Source of the DNA: Anaerolineae bacterium
Lineage (GTDB): Bacteria; Chloroflexota; Anaerolineae; B4-G1; DUEL01
Direction of reading: 5' to 3'
DNA length: 55,011 bases
Assembly (NCBI GenBank): GCA_041082215.1
Contig: JBDOIF010000138.1
Coordinates: forward strand, 1 to 55,011
The notes beneath the pieces are model-generated. The model was given only the letters and a program-made list of their open reading frames with translations. It was not told where the DNA came from and did not search any database. The position numbers were made by a program, and so were the translations under genes. Below are positions 1 through 10,103 of the stretch, piece by piece (the first letter of the stretch is position 1; each line of letters opens with the position of its first letter).

Positions 1-1
1 C

Positions 2-1060
2 ACCGGTCAGGTGACCTTTGACCCGCTGGTGCTGACGGACACGCTCCCCGCCGACTTCTACTACATCGTCGGCTCTGGCAGCCCGTCCGACCCGGACACC
101 ATCACCGAACCGCTGCTGGTCTGGCAGAATCTGGGGCCGCTGGCCCCGGGCCAGAGCATCACCGTGACCTTTGCGGTGACCGCGACGCCGGGCGTTACCG
201 GCACCTACTGGAACGTGGCGCTGGTCGGCGGCGAGTATCCCGGCGGCGTCCTCACCGACACCGACGATGCGCCCGTCGCTATCGTGGACCCGCTGATCGC
301 ACTGGATAAGCGGTTGGTGGCCGCCGACATGGACGAGGTCCAGCCCAACTACGTCACCTTCACCATCGTCATCACCAATGTGGGCGTCAGCACTATAGAC
401 GTCCTGCCGCTGGTGGACCAGTACGACCCATACTACCTGAGTTTCGTGACCGCTACCACATACCCGGACGAGCCCGCCGACGACGGCCTGCTGACCTGGT
501 ATGACCTGACGGGCCCGGCGCCCAACGGCTTTGGCCAGGACCTGCCCCCCGGCGCATCCTTCCGCATCACTACCGTCTTCAGCGTGGTGCACGACATCAC
601 CACCACAGTGAACACGGCCATCGTGACCGGCCCGATAGATGTCTACAATAACCCGGCCAATGAGCCGCGCGATAGCGAGCCGATCCAGAATGTGCCCACA
701 GCAGTGGAGTTGCTCTACTTCCGGGTGGGCAGTGTGGCGGGCCAGAGCGTCCGGCTGGAGTGGGCGACGGCGGTGGAGATCGGCACCTTTGGTTTCAACC
801 TCTACCGGGCGCCGGTGGCGGACTTCGCCCGGGCGACGGCGGTGGCCTTCGTGCCCTCGGAGGCGCGGGGCAGCGGCGCGACCTACGTCTACACCGACAC
901 GGTGCCCGCTGACGGTGTCTGGTGGTACTGGCTGGCGGAGGTGGACACCAGTGGGCAGGAGACGGTATACGGGCCGGTGAGCGCAGGGGTTGGGGCTGCG
1001 GCATTCCCGTACCGGCTGTACCTGCCGATGGTGATGCGGGATAACTCCGCGGTCCATTAA
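2..1060 (+). CDS. 3' part of a large secreted/surface protein with conserved-repeat (DUF11-like) Ig domains and a Chloroflexota-type C-terminal motif (5'-partial)
   Basis: The frame is open from the window edge. Repeated VTFTIVITNVG / LTDTLP / WxxLG.LAPG.S motifs, a PTAVELLYF domain with FNLYR, and the C-terminus YRLYLPMVMR. Confidence 0.8.
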   Translation, partial: TGQVTFDPLVLTDTLPADFYYIVGSGSPSDPDTITEPLLVWQNLGPLAPGQSITVTFAVTATPGVTGTYWNVALVGGEYPGGVLTDTDDAPVAIVDPLIALDKRLVAADMDEVQPNYVTFTIVITNVGVSTIDVLPLVDQYDPYYLSFVTATTYPDEPADDGLLTWYDLTGPAPNGFGQDLPPGASFRITTVFSVVHDITTTVNTAIVTGPIDVYNNPANEPRDSEPIQNVPTAVELLYFRVGSVAGQSVRLEWATAVEIGTFGFNLYRAPVADFARATAVAFVPSEARGSGATYVYTDTVPADGVWWYWLAEVDTSGQETVYGPVSAGVGAAAFPYRLYLPMVMRDNSAVH

Positions 1061-1074
1061 GGGCAGCGGGGATA

Positions 1075-1128
1075 ACGTAGCGCAGGCCGTCAGCCTGTGA
1101 GAAACAGGTTGGGCGGCCTGCGCTACGT
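1075..1128. repeat. GTAG-family REP doublet (REPIN-like hairpin) between convergent genes
   Basis: acgtagcgcaggccg...cggcctgcgctacgt inverted repeat. The same unit recurs at 9068, 25152, 25482, 27117, 27168 and 45968. Confidence 0.75.
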
Positions 1129-1156
1129 GGGTGGATGACGACAAAAAGCCCTAATC

Positions 1157-1267
1157 AGGTGTATTTCAGTCTGGGGGTGAGATGTCCCTGGCCCGGGCCG
1201 GACCTGGGGCAACACGAATGGCGCGAATGGAAACGAATACCGCTCGCCCCGAAATTGAAATACGCCC
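1157..1267. mobile_element. MITE copy 1 (internally deleted, 111 bp)
   Basis: Ends AGGTGTATTTCAGT... and ...GAAATTGAAATACGCCC. Matches copies 2 and 3 except for an 81-bp internal deletion. Both flanks share cctaatc. Confidence 0.85.
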
Positions 1268-1269
1268 GC

Positions 1270-2514
1270 CTAATCCTCGCGGTAGACCACCGCCAGGCTG
1301 GCAAACCGGATCAGATCGCCATCCCTCAGCAGGGCAGGACAGCCCGGCGAGAGCCGCTCCTCGTTCAGGAAGGTGCCATTGGTGCTCCCCAGGTCCTCCA
1401 GCATCCACCCTTCCGGACAACGGAGGAGCCGGGCGTGCCGCCGGGAGACCCCCGCCGAGGCCCCACCGTAGGGGCTGAGGTCAATATCCGGCGCGGGGAC
1501 CAGGTGGGGGGTCGTCCGCCCGACCGTCACCTCATCCCTGGGAGGGATCGGGAGCACAACCCCGGAGGCGGAGACAAAAAGCCGCGGCCCTCTCACCGAC
1601 ACCGGTCGGGTCAGGCGCGTTGTGACTCCACAGGGAAAGGATTCCGGCGGAGGCGTGGTGTGCCGGCCCAGGGTCTCCACCAGGAGGGTCAGCTCCTCTA
1701 CCAGCGCTCCCATCGTTGGGTAGCGGGCAGCAGGCTCCCGCCTCAGCGCACGCAGGAGGACCTCATCCAGCAGAGGGGGAATCTGGGAATTGAGCCTGCT
1801 GGGGGGAACAGGAGTCTCCTGCAGGCGGCGCAGCAGCGTCTCCGCCGGCGTCGGTCCCCTGAGCGGCACCTGGCCGGTCAGGAGCTCGTACAGCACCGCC
1901 CCCAGGCTGTAAACATCGCAGCGGTGGTCCACCCCCTCCCCGATCGCCTGCTCGGGAGCCAGGTAATCGGGCGTCCCCAGGCTGGTTCCAGGTCGGGTGA
2001 TGCCCGGCTGCGGGCTCAGGAGCTTGGCCAGGCCGAAATCGGCCAGGAGCGGCCAGTCGGGACGGGCCAGGAGGATGTTGGCCGGCTTCACATCCCGATG
2101 GACAATGCCCTGAGAGTGGGCGTATTCGAGGGCCTGCCCCACCGGGATGACGAGTGACACAGCCTGCGCCCATTCCATCGGCTGGCCGGTGAGGCATTTC
2201 TTAAGGGAGCCGCCCGGGACGTACTCCATAGCGATATAGGCGACCCCCTCCTCTTCGCCGTAATCATAGACGGTAAGGATGTTGGGATGGCGAAGGGCCG
2301 CGATCGCCCTGGCCTCCCGACGGAAACGGGCCAGGAACTCTGGCTCCCCCGCTTCGGCAAACGAGAGCACTTTGACGGCAACCCACCGCTCGAGCTGAGG
2401 TTGATAGGCGCGATAGACGACCGCGGCCCCGCCCCGGCCGATCTCCTCGGCAATCTGATACCCGCCGACAGTCCGCCCGATCCACTCGACCATCGCACCT
2501 GCCCACCCGGTCAC
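1270..2514 (-). CDS. Hanks-type Ser/Thr protein kinase with C-terminal FHA domain
   Basis: GRGGAAVVY, VAVK, HRDVKPANI, DFG and APE motifs. FHA motifs GR...SRRHA...DLGSTNGT. GTG start overlaps the upstream TGA; alternative ATG at 2493. Confidence 0.93.
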   Translation of the reverse strand: MTGWAGAMVEWIGRTVGGYQIAEEIGRGGAAVVYRAYQPQLERWVAVKVLSFAEAGEPEFLARFRREARAIAALRHPNILTVYDYGEEEGVAYIAMEYVPGGSLKKCLTGQPMEWAQAVSLVIPVGQALEYAHSQGIVHRDVKPANILLARPDWPLLADFGLAKLLSPQPGITRPGTSLGTPDYLAPEQAIGEGVDHRCDVYSLGAVLYELLTGQVPLRGPTPAETLLRRLQETPVPPSRLNSQIPPLLDEVLLRALRREPAARYPTMGALVEELTLLVETLGRHTTPPPESFPCGVTTRLTRPVSVRGPRLFVSASGVVLPIPPRDEVTVGRTTPHLVPAPDIDLSPYGGASAGVSRRHARLLRCPEGWMLEDLGSTNGTFLNEERLSPGCPALLRDGDLIRFASLAVVYRED

Positions 2515-4760
2515 CTGCTACCGGCGGGCCGCCGGATGACCAGATTGTCGAAAAGGATCTCCGTCGGCTCCGCCTCCAGGGTGCCGGCCACAAGGGCGAT
2601 GTCCCCTTCCGTATACGTCCCGTCCCTTGCCTCCGCCAGCAACTCCCCGTTGACAATCAATGCCAGATAGTCTCCGTTGCAGACCGCCTGAATGTGGTTG
2701 GTCGCGTTCCCCTGCCGGATCACGTCGGAGCGCGACCAGTTCACCAGCGGCTCGTAATCGCCGCCGGTGATGCGCTGAATGGAATAGAAGCCGTCGCCGC
2801 TGATAAGAAACGCATACCCATCTCCTGTCGCCCCCGGCTGGACCCGGCAGAAGATGCCATAGGCATTGTTGTTGTTGGCCGGAGCGGAGACCTGAGTGGC
2901 GTCCACATCAACGACCAGGTCGGCAAAGTTCCGGGAGGCCACCCCCCATATCATGCGATCCTCTGCTGCGCCAACCACGGAATAAGAGCCGTCGGCGTAT
3001 GCCAGCCGGCCCCCATCGTGGTCGGCAACCTCCCAGCCGGAGTCAGGATCGCTGAAATCGTCCTGGAAGAGAATCTCAGCGGTCAGAGGAACGGCGCCGG
3101 GTGGAAGGGTCCTCAGGTTGTCGAAACGGACCTCAGTGGTCTCGCTCTCAAAGGAAGTCACCGTCAGGGCGATGTCCCCCTGCGCGTAGGTTGTGTCCTG
3201 CGCCTCCGCCAATAGCTCCCCGTTGACCTCCAGCAACAGATGGCTCCCATCGCACACCGCCCGGATGTGATTGTCCGCATTCCCCTGCCGAATCACCGAC
3301 GAGCTGGTCCAGTCCACCAGCGGCTCGAAGCGCCCGTCCACAATCCGATGGATGGCGTAGTACCCGTCCCCGCTGATCCGCAGCACGTACCCGTCGTCGT
3401 CCTCCTGCACCCGGCACATCACCCCGTAGGCGTTGTTGTTGTTCGACGGGGCAGAGACCTGAAGGGCATCCACCTCGATGACGACATCGGCGAAGTTCCG
3501 GCGGGCCAGCCCCCACATCATATGGGAGTTTCCGTAGGAGACGACGGAGTAGGTCCCCTGGGCGTACCCCACGCTGCCGGTGTCGTAGTTGCCCACCTCC
3601 CAGCCAGAGTTGGGGTCGCTGAAGTCATCCTGGAAGAAAGCGGAGATGGAGGGAGTGGGTTGGGTGGTAGGGCGAGGAGTCTCGGTTGGCAGGATGGGCC
3701 TTGTCGGCACGGGCGAGGGGGAAGGCACGAAGGCTACCTGCAGAGGAGGGGTCGGTGAAGCTTTCCACGGCCCCCACAGGACCAGGCCGGTCACGCCGCT
3801 CCCCACCGCCGTGACCAGACAAACCACTCCGGCGACTGCCAGGCCGATCCAGAGGCCCCGTCGGCTTTTCCGTGCAGGGGGAGGAGGCTCCGGCCCGACC
3901 CTTGAACGCGGGACGGTCGTGATCCGGCTCGGCAGTGAAATCCCCAGAGCCCCGGCCATATCCACTGCGCTCCGGAACCGGTGCTCCATCACCACTTCCA
4001 TCGCCCGCAGCACCGCTGACTCTGTAAGAGGACTGACGACAGCGTTGACCCGGCGCGGGGGCAAAAAGCAGGAGGGGTTCGCTATCCGCTGGGTGGCCGT
4101 CGGCGGCGCTTTGCCGGTAAGGGCGTGGTAGAGCGTCGCCCCCAGGCTGTAGATGTCGCTGCGGGGGTCGGTATGGCCGAGGCCCAGGTCATACTGCTCC
4201 GGAGGCGCATACTCTGGCGTGCCAGCCCCCCGCATCGCCGTCCGCGTCTCCGGGGCGTTGGGGTCCCAGAGCTTCACCAGCCCGAAGTCAACCAGCACCG
4301 CGTCCCCATCCGGCGTGATGATGATATTCTGCGGCTTGATATCCCGGTGGATCACGCCGTGCCTGTGGCAGTAGGAGAGGGCGTCCAGCAATTGCCCGGC
4401 CCAGCGGAGCACCTCTTCTTCATTCTGGGGACCGAGGCGTTTGATCCGCTGGGCCAGGCTCTCCCCCTCGACGAAATCCATAACCAGGTACTCGTTTCCC
4501 CGCCAGGAGAAATAGTCGGTGACGCGGACCAGATAGGGGTGGACGAGGGTGGCCAGAACCTGGGCCTCATGCTGAAACTGCTGCCGGAGCTGCTCCAGCA
4601 TCCCGGCGTCCAGCCCGGGTTGGGGAATCAGCTCCTTCAGACAGACAGGGCGGTTGAGCCGCAGGTCCCACGCCCGGTACACAGCTCCCATTCCTCCCCG
4701 GGCCAGAAACCCCTCGATCCGGTATCGGTCCTCCACAATTTCGCCGTTCTCGAGTGTCAT
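2511..4760 (-). CDS. Transmembrane Ser/Thr protein kinase with two extracellular ConA-like (DUF1080-like) repeats
   Basis: HRDIKPQN, DFG and GTPEYAPPE motifs, a TM helix (GLWIGLAVAGVVCLV), a Pro/Thr linker and two FQDDFSDP.SGW...FDNL repeats. ATG 4760 follows GGAGAGG. Confidence 0.92.
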   Translation of the reverse strand: MTLENGEIVEDRYRIEGFLARGGMGAVYRAWDLRLNRPVCLKELIPQPGLDAGMLEQLRQQFQHEAQVLATLVHPYLVRVTDYFSWRGNEYLVMDFVEGESLAQRIKRLGPQNEEEVLRWAGQLLDALSYCHRHGVIHRDIKPQNIIITPDGDAVLVDFGLVKLWDPNAPETRTAMRGAGTPEYAPPEQYDLGLGHTDPRSDIYSLGATLYHALTGKAPPTATQRIANPSCFLPPRRVNAVVSPLTESAVLRAMEVVMEHRFRSAVDMAGALGISLPSRITTVPRSRVGPEPPPPARKSRRGLWIGLAVAGVVCLVTAVGSGVTGLVLWGPWKASPTPPLQVAFVPSPSPVPTRPILPTETPRPTTQPTPSISAFFQDDFSDPNSGWEVGNYDTGSVGYAQGTYSVVSYGNSHMMWGLARRNFADVVIEVDALQVSAPSNNNNAYGVMCRVQEDDDGYVLRISGDGYYAIHRIVDGRFEPLVDWTSSSVIRQGNADNHIRAVCDGSHLLLEVNGELLAEAQDTTYAQGDIALTVTSFESETTEVRFDNLRTLPPGAVPLTAEILFQDDFSDPDSGWEVADHDGGRLAYADGSYSVVGAAEDRMIWGVASRNFADLVVDVDATQVSAPANNNNAYGIFCRVQPGATGDGYAFLISGDGFYSIQRITGGDYEPLVNWSRSDVIRQGNATNHIQAVCNGDYLALIVNGELLAEARDGTYTEGDIALVAGTLEAEPTEILFDNLVIRRPAGSR

Positions 4761-4826
4761 CTGCCTCTCCCCCTTTCTTTGCCAAAAACATGTTACTCCG
4801 AGTGGCGATAGAAGGCAAATCAAGTC

Positions 4827-5018
4827 AGGCGTATTTCAGTTTGGGGGCGAGATACCCCTGGCCCGGGCCGGACCTGGGGAAACACGAATGGCGCAAATGG
4901 AGACGAATACCGCGAATGGAGCAGGTATCCCTTCTGTTCGCTGTATTCGGGCCATTCGTGGGATTCGCGATCCACCGGCGAGTGAGAGGACCACTCGCCC
5001 CGAAATTGAAATACGCTC
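4827..5018. mobile_element. MITE copy 2 (192 bp)
   Basis: About 24-bp TIRs GGCGTATTTCAGTTTGGGGGCGAG / CTCGCCCCGAAATTGAAATACGCT. Degenerate 9-bp flanking duplication aatcaagtc / gatcaagcc. Confidence 0.88.
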
Positions 5019-5079
5019 GATCAAGCCCGGGCTGGCTTTGGCTGAGAGGGGCGTGAAAGGGGCGGCAGATTTACTCCCT

Positions 5080-6429
5080 TTACATCTCCACGATCCCGTT
5101 AGCGGCGATCACCCGGCTGTACCAGCGGGCGCTGCTCTTGAGAATGCGACGCCGGGAGGCCCAATCCACGTAGACCAGGCCGAACCGCTTGGCATAGCCA
5201 TAGGACCACTCGAAGTTGTCCAGGAGCGACCAGACAAAGTAACCGCGGACGGGGATCCCCGCTCCGATGGCCCGCGCCACCTGCTCCAGGTGCGCCCGCA
5301 GGAAGGCCACCCGCCCGGGGTCGTGCACCTGCCCATCGGGTCCGACCTCGTCCCGGTAGGCCGCGCCGTTCTCGGTGACGTACAGGACGTGGAAGCCATA
5401 GTCAAAGTAGAGGCGCCCCAGCAACCGGTACAGCCCCTCCGGGTACACCTCCCACCCCATCTCTGTCCGCTCCAGGTCGGGGAAGACCTCCTGGGGCAGG
5501 TTCTGCTCCTCCGGGACCCCCGTATTACGGACGACCTGGCGACTGTAGTAGTTGACGCCGATGAAATCGAGGGGGGTAGCGATGGCCTCAAGGTCGCCCG
5601 CCTGCACGAAATCCATCGGCCGACCATGGTGCTGGACCACATCAGGGGGGTAGCCGCGCGCCGCCAGCGGATCGAGGAACCAGCGGTTAAGGATGCCGTC
5701 CCCCAGCCAGGCGGCGGCCCGGTCAGCAGCACTGCGGGAAGCGGGGATGTAGGGGCTGAGGTTCAGCGCGATCCCCACCTGGGCATCCGGCCGGTTGTGC
5801 CGAATCGCTTCCACTGCCCGGCCGTGGGCCAGGAGCAGGTGGTGGGCCGCCGCCAGCGCCTCGTCCAGGTCGGTGTGGCCAGGGGCATGCCGGCCGTACA
5901 GATAGCCGACAAAGGCGCTGACGAACGGCTCGTTGAGGGTGATCCAGTACCTCACCCGATCCCCCAGAGGGCGGGAGACCCGGTCGGCGTACTCGCCGAA
6001 CGCCTCCACCGTAGCCCGGACCGGCCATCCCCCCCGGTCCTGCAACGCCTGGGGCAGGTCCCAGTGGTAGAGAGTGGCGAAGGGTTCGATGCCGGCCTCC
6101 AGCAGCCCATCCACCAGCCGGTCGTAGAAGGCCAGCCCCGGCGGGTTGAGCCGCCCCCGGCCCTCCGGCAGGATGCGGGGCCAGGAGACGGAGAAGCGAT
6201 AGGCCCTCAGCCCGATCTCCTTCATCAGCCCCACGTCCTCCTGCCAGCGGTGGTAGTGGTCACAGGCCACGTCGCCGGTATCGCCGTTATCAATATTGCC
6301 GGGGGTGTGGCAGAACCGATCCCAGATGCTCTCCCCCTTTCCGTCCTCGTTCCAGGCCCCTTCGATCTGGTAGGCCGACGTGGCCGTGCCCCAGATGAAA
6401 CCAGGTGGAAAAGAAAGTTCTTTCGACAT
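5080..6429 (-). CDS. bglA: GH1 beta-glucosidase
   Basis: FPPGFIWGTATSAYQIEG, acid/base TLNEP, nucleophile VTENG, WSLLDNFEW. AGGAG RBS before ATG 6429. Confidence 0.95.
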   Translation of the reverse strand: MSKELSFPPGFIWGTATSAYQIEGAWNEDGKGESIWDRFCHTPGNIDNGDTGDVACDHYHRWQEDVGLMKEIGLRAYRFSVSWPRILPEGRGRLNPPGLAFYDRLVDGLLEAGIEPFATLYHWDLPQALQDRGGWPVRATVEAFGEYADRVSRPLGDRVRYWITLNEPFVSAFVGYLYGRHAPGHTDLDEALAAAHHLLLAHGRAVEAIRHNRPDAQVGIALNLSPYIPASRSAADRAAAWLGDGILNRWFLDPLAARGYPPDVVQHHGRPMDFVQAGDLEAIATPLDFIGVNYYSRQVVRNTGVPEEQNLPQEVFPDLERTEMGWEVYPEGLYRLLGRLYFDYGFHVLYVTENGAAYRDEVGPDGQVHDPGRVAFLRAHLEQVARAIGAGIPVRGYFVWSLLDNFEWSYGYAKRFGLVYVDWASRRRILKSSARWYSRVIAANGIVEM

Positions 6430-6562
6430 ATGCACTCCTTCTGGCCCTCACCCCACCCCCTGGCCCCTCCCCCTCAGACGGCAGATGAAGCCGGGTGGGG
6501 AAGAAAGCTCTTCCGACATATGGCACTCGTTCTTGCCCTCACCCCACCCCCTGGCCCCTCCC
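6392..6562. repeat. ~90-bp tandem duplication of the bglA 5' end/RBS plus a C-rich REP-like half-site
   Basis: 6392-6471 aligns with 6482-6562. The upstream copy encodes MSEELSSPPGFIC versus bglA MSKELSFPPGFIW. Confidence 0.85.
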
Positions 6563-6586
6563 GGAGGGATGAGGGCTGCCTGCAGG

Positions 6587-9031
6587 TTACGAAAGCATCA
6601 CCCGAACCGCGACCTCCCCCACCCCCTCAGGTGGCAACGGGACCACATCCCCCTCCACCGGCCGGCCGTCTACCTCCAGCCGAACCCGGTTGCCCGGCCC
6701 GGTCCGCTCCACCACAATGTGGTAGACCACACCACGGAACACCCGCCGGGCGATGAAGCCGGACCAGTTCTGGGGGATCACCGGCGCGATCCGCAACCCC
6801 TCGAAGGTGGGACGGATGCCCAGGATCCACTGAGTGATCGCGACACAGTTCCAGGCTGCCGTGCCGGTGAGCCAGGAGTTCTTCGCCTCGCCATAAGTGG
6901 GCGCGTCGGGGCCAGCGATCATCTGAGCGTAAACATACGGCTCGCAACGGTGGAGGTCGCTGATGGCCTCGCGGACGGAGGGGTTGATGCGGGAATAATA
7001 ATCGTGCGCCCGGTCGCCGTTGCCCGTTATCGCTTCGGCGATCATCATCCACGGGTTGGTGTGGCAGAAGACCCCACCGTTCTCCTTGTAACCGGGCGGA
7101 TAGGAGGTGATCTCGCCCAGGTGGGGCCGGTAGCGGGTGTAAGCGGGCTGGACGAGGACGATGCCGTGGTCGGTTGCCAGCCGCTCCCGCACCGCCTCCA
7201 GCGCCTGCCGGGCCCGACCGTCCTCCAGCCCGATGCCGGCCATCACGCACATCCCCTGCGGCTCGACAAAGAGCTGCCCCTCCTCGCACTCGCGGGAGCC
7301 GACCTTGCGACCGAAGGCGTCGTAGGCGCGGAGGAACCACCCGCCGTCCCAGCCGTGCTCCAGCACGCGGGCCGCCATCTCGTCGGCAGCCCGGGTGTAG
7401 TGGGCCGCCTCCTCCTCCCGGCCCCGCCGGAGGGCGATGTCGGCCATCTCCCGCGCCACCAGCACGAACAGCCCGGCGATGAAGACCGACTCGGCCACCT
7501 TCCCTTCCTGCACCGGAGCGGTCTGGAAGGACTCGTCGGGGTCCTCTGAGAACAGGTTCAAGTTCAGGCAGTCGTTCCAGTCGGCCCGGCCGATGAGGGG
7601 TAGTCCGTGCGGCCCCAGCCGCTCCAGTGTGTACCGGATACACCGCTGCAGGTGGCTGTAGAGCAACTCCTCAGAGCCGGGCCGGTTGTCGTAGGGGACC
7701 GGCTCGTCCAGGATGGTTTCGTCGCCGGTTTCTTTAAGGTAGGCGGACACGCTCAGCACCAGCCACAGCGGGTCATCGTTGAAGCCGGAGCCGATGGCGT
7801 CGTTGCCCCGTTTGGTGAGAGGCTGGTACTGATGGTAGGCCCCGCCGCTCTCCAGTTGCGTCGCTGCCAGGTCGAGGATGCGCTGGCGGGCCCGGTCCGG
7901 CACCAGATGGACCGCCCCCAGCAGGTCCTGGTTGGAATCCCGGAAGCCGATCCCCCGCCCGATGCCCGATTCAAACAGGGAGGCGGAACGGGCCAGGTTA
8001 AAGGTGACCATACACTGGTAGGGGTTCCAGATGTTCACCATACGATTGGTGTGGGAATCAGGCGTCTCGACCTGAAAGAGGCCCAGCAGCCGGTCCCAGT
8101 AGTCGCAGAGGTCAGCAAAGGCCCGCTCCACGCTGGGGGGGTCGAGGTAGTGTTCGATGATGGGTCGGACGGTGCGCTTGTTGATCCGCCCCGATCCGGG
8201 CGGGTCAAACTTCTCCTCCGGGGGGTTCTCGTGGTAGCCGAGGAGGAAGACCACCTGACGGCTTTCGCCGGGGGCCAGGGAGAGACGGACGTGATGGGAG
8301 CCCATCGGGGCCCAGCCGTGGGCGATAGAATCAAAAGACCGGCCCCGCTCTACCGCCAGGGGCTGGTCCCATCCCCGGTACGGCCCCAGAAAGGTGTCCC
8401 GCTGCGTGTCAAAACCAGCCAGCTCCTCGGAGCAGGCGAAGAAGGCGAAGTGGTTCCGCCGTTCCCGGTACTCCGTCTTGTGGTAGATCACCCCCTCCTC
8501 CACCTCCACCTCGCCGGTGGAGAAGTTGCGCTGGAAATTGGTGGCGTCGTCCTGGGCATCCCAGAGGCAGAACTCGACGGCGGAGAAGAGGGAGAGGCGG
8601 ACCGGGCCATTGCGGCGGTTGGTGACGGTCAGTTGCCACACCTCGAGGTTCGCCCCCAGGGGGACGAAGTAGCGGGTTTGGGCCTCGATCCCCTGATAGG
8701 TGGAGCCGATGACAGTATAGCCCAGTCCGTGGCGGCAGATGTAGCGCTCAGCCTCGTGGCGGGTGGGCTGCCAGGAGGGAGACCAGAAGAGGCCAGCCCC
8801 GTCGTCGCGGATGTAGATATACCGGCCCGGCTGATCGAGGGGGACGTTGTTGTACCGGTAACGGGTGATCCGGCGAAGGCGGGCATCCCGGTAGAAGGCG
8901 TACCCGCCCGCCGTGTTGGAGATAATGCCGAAGAACTCCTCGCACCCCAGGTAGTTGATCCAGGGAAGGGGGGTGTCGGGTTGGGTGATGACGTACTCCC
9001 GATGTTCGTCGTCGAAGTAGCCGAATCGCAT
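6587..9031 (-). CDS. cbpA: GH94 cellobiose phosphorylase
   Basis: [57 protein letters not shown] and [11 protein letters not shown]; 814 aa. Confidence 0.92.
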   Translation of the reverse strand: MRFGYFDDEHREYVITQPDTPLPWINYLGCEEFFGIISNTAGGYAFYRDARLRRITRYRYNNVPLDQPGRYIYIRDDGAGLFWSPSWQPTRHEAERYICRHGLGYTVIGSTYQGIEAQTRYFVPLGANLEVWQLTVTNRRNGPVRLSLFSAVEFCLWDAQDDATNFQRNFSTGEVEVEEGVIYHKTEYRERRNHFAFFACSEELAGFDTQRDTFLGPYRGWDQPLAVERGRSFDSIAHGWAPMGSHHVRLSLAPGESRQVVFLLGYHENPPEEKFDPPGSGRINKRTVRPIIEHYLDPPSVERAFADLCDYWDRLLGLFQVETPDSHTNRMVNIWNPYQCMVTFNLARSASLFESGIGRGIGFRDSNQDLLGAVHLVPDRARQRILDLAATQLESGGAYHQYQPLTKRGNDAIGSGFNDDPLWLVLSVSAYLKETGDETILDEPVPYDNRPGSEELLYSHLQRCIRYTLERLGPHGLPLIGRADWNDCLNLNLFSEDPDESFQTAPVQEGKVAESVFIAGLFVLVAREMADIALRRGREEEAAHYTRAADEMAARVLEHGWDGGWFLRAYDAFGRKVGSRECEEGQLFVEPQGMCVMAGIGLEDGRARQALEAVRERLATDHGIVLVQPAYTRYRPHLGEITSYPPGYKENGGVFCHTNPWMMIAEAITGNGDRAHDYYSRINPSVREAISDLHRCEPYVYAQMIAGPDAPTYGEAKNSWLTGTAAWNCVAITQWILGIRPTFEGLRIAPVIPQNWSGFIARRVFRGVVYHIVVERTGPGNRVRLEVDGRPVEGDVVPLPPEGVGEVAVRVMLS

Positions 9032-9067
9032 CTGTGCGCCGTTTCCTCAGGCCGTTCATTATTTGAC

Positions 9068-9093
9068 GTAGCGCAAGATTAATCTTGCGCTAC
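9068..9093. repeat. GTAG-family REP palindrome containing the GH130 stop codon
   Basis: Perfect 26-bp palindrome gtagcgcaagatt-aatcttgcgctac. Confidence 0.75.
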
Positions 9094-10070
9094 ACAAGGG
9101 AGTTTTCTTTCAGAAAGTCCATCACCTCGTGCAGGTAGGCAAAGGCCAGGCAGGTGACGGTGTCCGCCCCGCCGTAGTAGATGGCCATCCGCCCGGTGGG
9201 CGGGTCCAGCAGCGCCGCGCAGGGGAAGACCACGTTGGGCACATCCCCCACACACTCATAGACCTCCCGGGGGTTCAGAAGATAGGGGCGGGTTCGGTAG
9301 ATCACCTTCCACGGCTTCTCCAGGTCCAGCAGCGCCGCGCCGAAGCTGTAGACAAAACCGTTGCACGAGGTCAGCACCCCGTGGTAAATGAGGAGCCAGC
9401 CCTCGTCCGTCTCGATCGGCGTGGGGCCGGCACCGACCTTGGTGGACTGCCAGCCGCCGACGGGGGCCATCACGAACCGGTGGTGGCCCCAGTGGACCAT
9501 ATCGGGGCTTTCACTGTAAAAGATGTCGCCAAATGGCGTATGCCCCCGGTCGCTGGGCCGGCTGAGCATAGCGTATTTGCCGTTGATCCGGCGCGGGAAG
9601 AGGACACCGTTCCGGTTGTAGGGCAGAAAGGCGTTCTCCAACTGGTAGAAGGTGCGGAAATCGAACGTGTAACCCACCCCGATCGTCGGCCCGTAGTAGC
9701 CGTTGCACCAGGTAACGTAGAAGCGGTCCTCCAGCCAGCAGACACGGGGGTCGTAGCCATAGACGAACTGACCCACCTCCGGGTCCTCACAGATGAACCG
9801 GATGCGCTGCGGCTCGATCCGCCAGCGGATGCCGTCGTCGCTGAAGCCGGCGTGGAGCTGCATATCCCGCGCGGTGTTGTCGCAGCGGAAGACGCCGGCG
9901 AACCGACCACCAAAGGGAACCACCGCGCTGTTAAAGATGCTGTTAGCTCCAGGGACGGCCTCCCGGGTGATGATGGGGTTCCGACTGAACCGCCAGACGA
10001 CATCGCTGCATCTCTGGGGGCGGTCCTCCCAGGGGATGTTGGGCAGGTCAGGACCGGCTGCTCGTACCAT
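9090..10070 (-). CDS. GH130 beta-1,4-mannooligosaccharide phosphorylase-like
   Basis: [44 protein letters not shown] and YYGGADT motifs, typical of GH130 subfamily 2. Confidence 0.92.
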   Translation of the reverse strand: MVRAAGPDLPNIPWEDRPQRCSDVVWRFSRNPIITREAVPGANSIFNSAVVPFGGRFAGVFRCDNTARDMQLHAGFSDDGIRWRIEPQRIRFICEDPEVGQFVYGYDPRVCWLEDRFYVTWCNGYYGPTIGVGYTFDFRTFYQLENAFLPYNRNGVLFPRRINGKYAMLSRPSDRGHTPFGDIFYSESPDMVHWGHHRFVMAPVGGWQSTKVGAGPTPIETDEGWLLIYHGVLTSCNGFVYSFGAALLDLEKPWKVIYRTRPYLLNPREVYECVGDVPNVVFPCAALLDPPTGRMAIYYGGADTVTCLAFAYLHEVMDFLKENSLV

Positions 10071-10103
10071 TACCGCCAGCTCTCCATAGAGGTGACGACC
10101 ACC

